Part shown: one piece after another, positions 35,586 to 41,785 of the stretch
Numbering within the stretch: position 1 is the stretch's first letter
Layout of the letters: each line of letters opens with the position of its first letter
Source of the DNA: a virus
Lineage: Duplodnaviria; Caudoviricetes
Strand: one strand, 5' to 3'
Length of the DNA stretch: 41,785 nucleotides
IMG/VR virus record: IMGVR_UViG_3300010376_000019
Location: 1 to 41,785 of that record
Program-made: the position numbers and the translations under genes
Notes under the pieces: generated by a model
Told to the model about the DNA's origin: nothing
The model's database searches: none
The model's input: the letters and a program-made list of their open reading frames with translations, nothing else

Positions 35586-35867
35586 GGATGCAAAACCAGA
35601 GCCAACCCAACTCCTTGCATTCTCATTGCATCCTGGTGCAAGGTCCGATATCAGGCCGCCAAATAGTTGATTTTCCTGCGCCCGTAGCTCAGCATGGACA
35701 GAGCGGCTGGCTTCGAATCCGATGCCCGCGCACCCCGCATAGCACCAGCCCGCACCACCCTGAAGAAGGAATCTGCGATTTCACTGGGTTAGGTGCGGCC
35801 TGGTGCCGGCGCCCGGCTGGCATTTCACGCCGGATGCCCGGGCATCCCTTGCGCCCGCCTTGCATCG
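35586..35867. other. attP region with arm-type repeats and an IHF site
   Basis: TTGCATCC-like repeats at 35586 (inverted), 35615, 35626 and 35860; IHF consensus AATCAACTATTTG on the minus strand at 35660-35672; 16-bp palindrome at 35832-35847. Confidence 0.75.
35678..35717 (+). tRNA. 5' half of tRNA-Arg(UCG), a fragment forming the attP identity block
   Basis: GCGCCCG TA GCTC AGCATGGACA GAGC G GCTGG CTTCGAA gives the acceptor 5' strand, D-arm, anticodon 5' stem and loop; the following TCCGA cannot close the stem and no T-arm follows. Confidence 0.85.
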
Positions 35868-36046
35868 GGGGCCGCCCCTTTTCCCCCTGTTCCCCCTGTT
35901 CGGCTCGGGGTGGGGCTCACCCGAACGCCCCCGTTCGGCCCTGCCAAGCGCACCCCGCCCCCGGCAAGACGGCTGCCAGCATCCCCCGCGGGCGGCCGCC
36001 TTGAGCAGCAGCCCGCGGCGCGGCCGTGGCGGGAAGGGGTGGATGG

Positions 36047-36613
36047 ATGCCAGACGTCGACGATCGAGACGTGCTCGACCTGTCTGGGGACACGGCCGCG
36101 CCCCGGCCCGTCCCCGTCACGATCTCGGCGACGGCGGCCTATACGGCGGCGCAGCTCGGGGTGGCCCGGTACTACCGCATGCGGCTCGAAGGGCGCTCCG
36201 AGCTCATGCGGGCGCCCCGCCGCTTCGATCGGTGCTGGTACGACCAAATCGTCGGCGCGCTCGCCGAGATGGCCCTGGCCGTCCATCTCGGGGTGCGCTG
36301 GTGCCCGACGCTCGGGCCCGACGACGGCACGGGTGACGTGGCGGGCTGGCAAGTCAAAGGCGTCGTCTGGCATCTGTTCGGCTCGATCGTCGCCACCGGC
36401 CCCCATCTGATCATCCCGGGCCATGAGACGACGCCCCGGCCCTACGTGCTCGTCTATGGCAACGGGTTCACCGACTGGCAGATCGCCGGCTGGCTGCCCG
36501 CGGCGCTCGCCCGCGTCGATGATTGGCAGGCCTACGAGCAGAGCCGCAAAGCCTGGTGGGTGCCGATGCGCGTCCTGCGGCAATGGCCGCCCGAGCTGGG
36601 GGCGACAGCATGA
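36047..36613 (+). CDS. Phage protein, possibly PD-(D/E)XK nuclease-like
   Basis: GALAEMALA...GDVAGWQVK...YVLV...IAGW pattern. Confidence 0.55.
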   Translation: MPDVDDRDVLDLSGDTAAPRPVPVTISATAAYTAAQLGVARYYRMRLEGRSELMRAPRRFDRCWYDQIVGALAEMALAVHLGVRWCPTLGPDDGTGDVAGWQVKGVVWHLFGSIVATGPHLIIPGHETTPRPYVLVYGNGFTDWQIAGWLPAALARVDDWQAYEQSRKAWWVPMRVLRQWPPELGATA

Positions 36614-36831
36614 CAGTGGCCTGTAGCGGCACCATCCGCGGCCGCTATCTCTGCACGCAATGCATGGGCGCGCAGCAGCCGCAGACGGGGCCGCTCGCCG
36701 AGCTGCTCTTCGTCTTGGAGCTCGACGGCGATCCCGACGCGGAAGAGTACGCCTGCACGCCCTGCATGGACGGCATTCTTGACGGGACGCAGCCGCTGAC
36801 ACGGTTCCGGCTCGAGATCGTGCGCTCATGA
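36610..36831 (+). CDS. Small zinc-binding protein
   Basis: CTQC and CTPC; ATGA coupling. Confidence 0.6.
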   Translation: MTVACSGTIRGRYLCTQCMGAQQPQTGPLAELLFVLELDGDPDAEEYACTPCMDGILDGTQPLTRFRLEIVRS

Positions 36832-37052
36832 GCGCGCTCACGCCCGGCCATCTCGTCAGCCTGATCCGCGCCCGCCAGCGCGCCGTCGGTCCCGGGCTCC
36901 GCGTCGACATGACACTCGCCGTCGCCGGCCCCGGCGGCGCCTATGACGTCGTCGGCGTCAGCTACGTGCCGGAACGGAACGAGCTCTATCTGGAGATCGA
37001 CAAGCGGGACGTCGATCGGCCGCCGACGGGGCGCCGGAAGAAGGGGCCGTGA
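36828..37052 (+). CDS. Hypothetical protein
   Basis: Coupled at both ends. Confidence 0.6.
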   Translation: MSALTPGHLVSLIRARQRAVGPGLRVDMTLAVAGPGGAYDVVGVSYVPERNELYLEIDKRDVDRPPTGRRKKGP

Positions 37053-37153
37053 TGCTGCCGCGGCCGCCCTGGCTCGGCGCCATCCAGCTCGCGCTCTGCG
37101 TCGCCTTCTATGCCGGCGTGCTCGTCGGAATGGTGCTCGGGGCGGCCCGGTGA
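37052..37153 (+). CDS. 33-aa single-TM peptide (MLPRPPWLGAIQLALCVAFYAGVLVGMVLGAAR)
   Basis: TGATG and GTGA overlaps fill the gap exactly. Confidence 0.55.
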   Translation: MLPRPPWLGAIQLALCVAFYAGVLVGMVLGAAR

Positions 37154-37350
37154 GCGACTTTACCCGGGCGGTGCGTCGGCTGGTGGACGCCTTCGACGAG
37201 TGCGACAGCCACCGCGGCTGGCTCAGCTGCGTCGGCGAGCATGATCTGCGATGCGAGCGCTTGCTCGCCGTCGACGGCTGCGTCTGCGGCGCCGACGCCT
37301 TCCGGCGTGCGCTCGACGCCGTGCGCGCCGCGCTGGGGCGCCTGCCATGA
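37150..37350 (+). CDS. Small Cys/His-rich protein
   Basis: GTGA and ATGA coupling; H..RC...CVCG. Confidence 0.55.
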   Translation: MSDFTRAVRRLVDAFDECDSHRGWLSCVGEHDLRCERLLAVDGCVCGADAFRRALDAVRAALGRLP

Positions 37351-37877
37351 GCGTCTTTCTCGGCATCGATCCCGGCACGACGGGCGCCATGGCGTTCTTG
37401 GGGCCCCCGGAGAATTACAGCCGCACCGCCGCGCTCGTGATCGAGCCGACGCCCGTCGTCTGGATTCCGAAAGGCACCGGGAAAGTGCGGCGCTACGATC
37501 TGCCGGCGCTCTGGCGCCAGATCGAGCGCTTGCCCGCCATTGCGCTCGCCTACGTCGAACAACAGGGCGCTCGGCCCGGCCAAGGGCTTGCTAGCACCTT
37601 CCAAACGGGCTTCGGGGCCGGCATCTGGCACGCGCTGCTCACCGCGGCGGGCATTCCCTTCGTCGTCGTCCCGCCCCAGCGCTGGCGCGCCGCGGTCGGG
37701 CTCCCGAGCCAGCCGAAGGCGCCGAAGGCGGCCCTGAAGCAAGCCGTCCGGCTCGCCGCCGCCCGGCGCTTCCCGGGCGAGCCGATTCCGCTCGATCACG
37801 CCGACGCCGTCATGCTCGCCCTCGCGGCGTCGCTCGAGCGCGAGGTTTCGAGAATCGACGAAAGGGGGAATGCCTGA
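37347..37877 (+). CDS. RuvC-like Holliday junction resolvase
   Basis: FLGIDPGTTGA, YVEQ, STFQTG.G.G, VPPQRW and DHADA motifs. Confidence 0.88.
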   Translation: MSVFLGIDPGTTGAMAFLGPPENYSRTAALVIEPTPVVWIPKGTGKVRRYDLPALWRQIERLPAIALAYVEQQGARPGQGLASTFQTGFGAGIWHALLTAAGIPFVVVPPQRWRAAVGLPSQPKAPKAALKQAVRLAAARRFPGEPIPLDHADAVMLALAASLEREVSRIDERGNA

Positions 37878-37982
37878 TGTCGGGGACGCCGCGCCGCCGG
37901 GGCTCAGATGTGGCACTGCTCAGCGTGAGTGAGACAAGTCGCCTTATCGTACCAACCACCGCCCCGGCGCCGCGGTGACGTG

Positions 37983-38180
37983 ATGGGCCGCCGTCGCACC
38001 ATCGGCGAAGCCCGCTCGGCCGGCGCCGGCCGGCGCTGCAAGCATCCATCCAAGCAACGCGAGTATCAGCCCGGCACCGAGACGTTTCGCATCCGCTGCC
38101 GGCGCTGCGGCCAAGAGCTGCTGCCCGTCGCGCCCCCACTCGCCCGCGCCCGCGACAAGCGCTGGGTGCCCCATGCCTGA
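37983..38180 (+). CDS. Small zinc-ribbon protein
   Basis: CKH...RCRRCG. Confidence 0.5.
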   Translation: MGRRRTIGEARSAGAGRRCKHPSKQREYQPGTETFRIRCRRCGQELLPVAPPLARARDKRWVPHA

Positions 38181-38751
38181 CGCCCCCGATCGCCTGCTCG
38201 CCTGGCTCCGCGTGGCCAGCGCCGCCTGCGGGCCAACGGGCGGCTGTAGCGTCGGCCCGGATGGCGTGGTCCGCCTGCACGTGGCCCGTGCGCTCTGGAG
38301 CGCCCCGGGCGATCTCAGCCCCTGGCGGGCGTACATGGCCGCCACGCCCCCGCCCGTCCCCGTCGTGCTCATCGGCGCCGCATCGCCCCCCGCGCCCCCG
38401 CCCGCCGCCCCGACGCCGCCACGGCCGCGCCGGCCGACGGCGCCCGCGGTGCCGCGGGCCGCCGTCTGGCGGCCGCCGCGCAGCGCGCATGGCACCGCGC
38501 GCATCAGCGACGGCGTCAGCTTCGATCCGCAATCCCTCTTCCGGCCCCATCCTTGGCACACCGCGCTCGCCGTCCACCAGGCGGCCGCCGTCGCCCGCTG
38601 GGATGCCGACGCCGCACCCCAGCCCCGGCCCCGCCGCATCCGCGGCGCCTCCGGCACGCGCACGCTCTATCGCCCGCTCTTCGACGGCATTCGCGATCCC
38701 GATCCGCGCGACGTCGATCGCCGCTGGCATGGCCGCCCGCTCCCCGCATGA
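38173..38751 (+). CDS. Hypothetical Pro/Arg-rich protein
   Basis: Overlaps both neighbours; ATGA coupling to the helicase. Confidence 0.5.
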   Translation: MPDAPDRLLAWLRVASAACGPTGGCSVGPDGVVRLHVARALWSAPGDLSPWRAYMAATPPPVPVVLIGAASPPAPPPAAPTPPRPRRPTAPAVPRAAVWRPPRSAHGTARISDGVSFDPQSLFRPHPWHTALAVHQAAAVARWDADAAPQPRPRRIRGASGTRTLYRPLFDGIRDPDPRDVDRRWHGRPLPA

Positions 38752-40211
38752 CGGCCCGCGGCCCGCAGCTGCTCGTCGATGCTGATGCCGAGAAACTCTT
38801 TCTCGGCTTCTGCATGGCCGATCCGTCCTGGCTCGCCCACCCGAAAGTGACGCCCGCACTCTTCGCCGCCCATGGCGACGCCTTCCGCGCGCTCCGCGCC
38901 GCGCACCAGGCCGGCCAGCTCGGCGGCGATCTCTCGACCGCCAGCGCCGCGCTCGACGCCGCCGGCATCCCGCATCCCAAAACCTTCGCCGCCGAAGCGA
39001 TGCTCGCCGCCGAAGCCAAGATGCCGAAACCCGTGCTGGCGCTGCTCCTCACCACGGCTACGGCCCGCACGACCGATCAGCTCGCCGAAGCCGTCAAACG
39101 CACCATGGCCGATGCCCGTACCGCCGACCAGGCCGAGACGCGCGAAACCTTGGCGACACTTGGCGCCAAGGTCGCCGATCTCGGGCTGAACGGCGATCGG
39201 CCCAAACCCTGGACTGGAGTCTCTACCGTGCCCCTGGAAGAAGTCGAATGGCTCTGGACGGGGTGGATCCCGTTTCGCAAACTCACCGTGCTCGACGGCG
39301 ATCCCGGGCTCGGCAAGACGGCGCTCGCCATGGACGTCGCCGCCCGGATCACCACGCAACAACCACTCCCTGGCGATCCCCTCGCCCCGCTGAAACCGCT
39401 CGGCGTCGTCATCATCAACGCCGAAGACGGCATCGGCGATACGCTCCGCCCCCGGCTTGAAGCGGCCGGCGCCGATCTCGATCGGATCCTGGCCTTCGAT
39501 CTCGATCGCATCCCGACACTGCCCGACGGGCTGCCCACCGTCCGCGACGCCATCCGCGCCTGCAACGCCGCGCTCTTGATCATCGATCCCGTCATGGCCG
39601 TGCTCTCCGCCGCCACCGACGCCTACCGCGACCAAGACGTCCGCCGCGTGCTCGGGCCCCTCGCCGCCCTCGCCGCCGAGTTGAACGTCGCCGTCTTGCT
39701 CGTCCGCCACCTGACGAAACAGCCCGGCCCCAAAGCCCTCTACCGCGGCGGCGGCTCCATCGCCTTCGGCGGCGTCGCCCGCTCCGTCCTGCTCGTCGCC
39801 CCCGATCCCGACGAGCCCGAAACCCGCATCCTGGCTCCCGTCAAATCCAATCTCGGTCCCCCGCCCGGCGCGCTCCGCTTCCGGCTCACCACCACCGCCC
39901 ACAATCGGCTCCGCGTCGATTGGCTCGGCGCGAGCACCCTGCACGCCGATCAGCTCGTCGCCCCACCCCCCAAAGATCAAGACGCCCCCCATGCCGTCGC
40001 CGATGCCATGACCGTGCTCACCGATCTGCTCCGGCATGGTCCCCTCGCCGTCGAGCTCGCCATGAAGGAAAAACGGCGCCTCGGGATCTCCAACTACGCC
40101 TGGCGCGCCGCCTATGGCCGGCTCGGCGTCCGGCTGCTCCGGCCCCTCTTCGGCGGCGCCTGCTCCTACGCGCTGCCCACCGAGCCCCCCGCCCCCGAGC
40201 CCCCACACTGA
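38748..40211 (+). CDS. Replicative helicase-like AAA ATPase (RepA/AAA_25 type) with a DnaB-N-like domain
   Basis: Walker A GDPGLGKT, NAED, Walker B LLIIDP, VRHLTK, RGGGS and KSN; the N-terminal DAEKLFLG resembles the DnaB N-domain. Confidence 0.85.
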   Translation: MTARGPQLLVDADAEKLFLGFCMADPSWLAHPKVTPALFAAHGDAFRALRAAHQAGQLGGDLSTASAALDAAGIPHPKTFAAEAMLAAEAKMPKPVLALLLTTATARTTDQLAEAVKRTMADARTADQAETRETLATLGAKVADLGLNGDRPKPWTGVSTVPLEEVEWLWTGWIPFRKLTVLDGDPGLGKTALAMDVAARITTQQPLPGDPLAPLKPLGVVIINAEDGIGDTLRPRLEAAGADLDRILAFDLDRIPTLPDGLPTVRDAIRACNAALLIIDPVMAVLSAATDAYRDQDVRRVLGPLAALAAELNVAVLLVRHLTKQPGPKALYRGGGSIAFGGVARSVLLVAPDPDEPETRILAPVKSNLGPPPGALRFRLTTTAHNRLRVDWLGASTLHADQLVAPPPKDQDAPHAVADAMTVLTDLLRHGPLAVELAMKEKRRLGISNYAWRAAYGRLGVRLLRPLFGGACSYALPTEPPAPEPPH

Positions 40212-40417
40212 TGCCCCGCCAGGCATCCGCGCTCAATCGCCACGACGTCCCGCCGCGCAAGCACCTTCTGCGCCGTCCCGCCCGCCGGCCCCGCCCATTG
40301 CGCCGCCGCCGCCGGCACGCGATAGCTCGCCAGCAATCGCCCGCACCCATCGCACCAGAGCCGGAGCATCGCATGCTGCACCGTGTCGTCCCGAATCTCC
40401 CAAATCGCGCTCGCCAT
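40166..40417 (-). CDS. Small putative zinc-binding protein
   Basis: GGAAAGGA RBS; CDGC...HQC. Confidence 0.5.
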   Translation of the reverse strand: MASAIWEIRDDTVQHAMLRLWCDGCGRLLASYRVPAAAAQWAGPAGGTAQKVLARRDVVAIERGCLAGHQCGGSGAGGSVGSA

Positions 40418-40439
40418 GATCGCCCATCCTTTCCCCAGA

Positions 40440-40660
40440 CTGCACCATAGGCACGTACGCACTAACCCCCCGATTTCCCTCAGCTCAACACTCGACAACA
40501 TTGGCCCCCTATCCTATGGCTGCACACTCGCCTATGTCGCCGCTCCTAACCCCCAGGAAACCCCACACTCGCCTTCCTGTACCATATATATAATCTCTCT
40601 CTCTCTCTCTCTGAGAGAGGGGCCAGGGGCTCCTGTCTGTGGCTGTGACTGTGGCCTGGC
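40440..40660. other. Non-coding region with short direct repeats, an AT patch and a TC microsatellite; candidate replication origin or genome-end signal
   Basis: CACACTCGCCT at 40523 and 40564, CTAACCCCC at 40462 and 40546, CATATATATAAT at 40583, (TC)9T at 40594-40612. Confidence 0.5.
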
Positions 40661-40938
40661 ACGGCCATTGCCTAGTAGCCATGCAGGGGCGTCTGCCGGG
40701 GAGTCGCACCACTCACGGACGGGGAAGGTTCCCGGCCACGGCCTGATGCATGGCGTCAAAGCGGTCGGCGACGGCGGGGGTGGCCCCGGGGCCTGCGGCC
40801 TGCCATGGCCATTCGCACGCTCGGGGGCCGCATAGTCCCGCGCAGGGCGCAGCTCGGGCAGGTCGGCAACCCCTGGCGGCCGCCCATCGGGCTGGGGGCC
40901 TGACGGGCATCGGACGATGCGTGAGCGCTTCCGCAGGG

Positions 40939-41442
40939 TTACGAGCGCGGCTCGGCCCGACGCAAGGGCGGATGCAAGGGGGCGGTGCCCGATGCTAGCA
41001 CGGCCGATGCCCGTCGCGGCTTGCGGCATGCTTTGTCAGATTGCTCGGGCGCCTTCCCATCCGGCGCTGGCGCAGGGGCCAGAGCGACGCGGAAGCCCAT
41101 GGCGCGCTCGTCCGTCGTGCGCTGGCTGAGGGTCCACGCGGTCAGCGCGTAGCTCGTCGAGAGAGGGGGCGTGTAGCAGCGGCCGATGGTATGCGAGCCG
41201 GCGAGCACGGGGCAGCAGGCGGCCAGGCGCCAGCGGCGCACCATGCGGACGGAGATCGGGCGGCCGTCGAGCCGGCGCAGCCCGCAGCGGTGCAGCTGGG
41301 CCAGGATCGCCGGCCAGCCGATCAAGGCGCGATCCAGCTCGGGGAGCTGCGTGACGAGCTGGTGATGGATGGCGGCCAGGCGAGCGGCATACGTCTTGCC
41401 ATGCGCGTCGCGTTCGCGGGCCAGGTTCCGCTTACCAGGCAT
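40939..41442 (-). CDS. Putative HTH DNA-binding protein
   Basis: LIGWPAILAQL...SVRMVRRWR...PV resembles a GWKEIA...SVRTVQRW-type HTH. Confidence 0.55.
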   Translation of the reverse strand: MPGKRNLARERDAHGKTYAARLAAIHHQLVTQLPELDRALIGWPAILAQLHRCGLRRLDGRPISVRMVRRWRLAACCPVLAGSHTIGRCYTPPLSTSYALTAWTLSQRTTDERAMGFRVALAPAPAPDGKAPEQSDKACRKPRRASAVLASGTAPLHPPLRRAEPRS

Positions 41443-41484
41443 CTGCGGGGGGCTGTAGCACGATTCCGGGCCTAACGCGGCTGG

Positions 41485-41514
41485 TTGACAACCCAAACGC
41501 GCTTCGGTTATCGT
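41485..41514 (+). promoter_or_regulatory. Candidate early sigma70 promoter
   Basis: TTGACA-N18-TATCGT; imperfect inverted repeat AACCCAA...TTCGGTT in the spacer; GGAGGT RBS before the ATG at 41581. Confidence 0.55.
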
Positions 41515-41580
41515 CTACTCAGTAGGGCCCGCCATGGGGGCGTGGCCCGGACCCTGGACCCAATGGAGGTTTCTAGAATC

Positions 41581-41785
41581 ATGGAAACGACACGTATTCT
41601 CACCAGCCGCAAGACGGTGGACGGCACGCGCACCACCGCCCACGTCGACTTCGGCGTGGCCAACGCGCGGGGCCGGGCGATCGGCGTACGGATCGAGACG
41701 GCGGTCGTGACGTTCGCGGCGCTGCCCGCCGATGCCACGTCGGGCTGGGTCCGGGCGCCCGGCACCTACTACCTGCTCTGCATGC
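41581..41785 (+). CDS. N-terminal part of the junction-spanning hypothetical protein (continues to 263)
   Basis: GGAGGT RBS, ATG at 41581, open to the window end and in frame with 45-263. Confidence 0.75.
   Translation, partial: METTRILTSRKTVDGTRTTAHVDFGVANARGRAIGVRIETAVVTFAALPADATSGWVRAPGTYYLLCM
41663..41785 (+). repeat. Terminal direct repeat, right copy
   Basis: Identical to 1-123. Confidence 0.95.

Noticed and set aside
35678-35760. Complete phage-encoded tRNA
   Set aside because: No anticodon 3' stem, T-arm or acceptor 3' strand follows 35717

Overview
This window looks like a complete, circularly permuted genome (about 41.66 kb unique) of a high-GC temperate tailed phage with podovirus-type architecture. 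Bases 1-123 repeat exactly at 41663-41785, and one ORF reads through the junction. The modules are: small early genes and a truncated sigma-70-like gene (41.58 kb through the junction to 1.3 kb); packaging and head genes (terS-like, terL, portal, scaffold, major capsid, 1.35-11.8 kb); adaptor, nozzle and modular tail fibres (11.8-19.2 kb); basic internal proteins, an HNH gene and ejection proteins ending in a lytic transglycosylase (19.2-26.1 kb); an accessory and lysis block with an outer-membrane beta-barrel, a secreted collagen-like protein and a GH19-type endolysin (26.1-29.4 kb); a leftward recombination operon (29.3-33.2 kb); regulators, a tyrosine integrase and attP (33.2-35.9 kb); and replication genes with a candidate origin (36-40.7 kb). 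Four signals stand out. (1) attP carries the 5' half of tRNA-Arg(UCG), not the usual 3' half, with a candidate phage-supplied promoter. (2) A region-2-only sigma factor sits head-to-head with the late operon, and an exact 12-mer, GGGCATAGAGAG, lies just before three late genes. (3) A beta-barrel gene overlaps the signal-peptide coding region of a collagen gene. (4) Short peptide motifs are shared between otherwise unrelated virion proteins. All functional calls come from visual motif recognition; no database searches were run.
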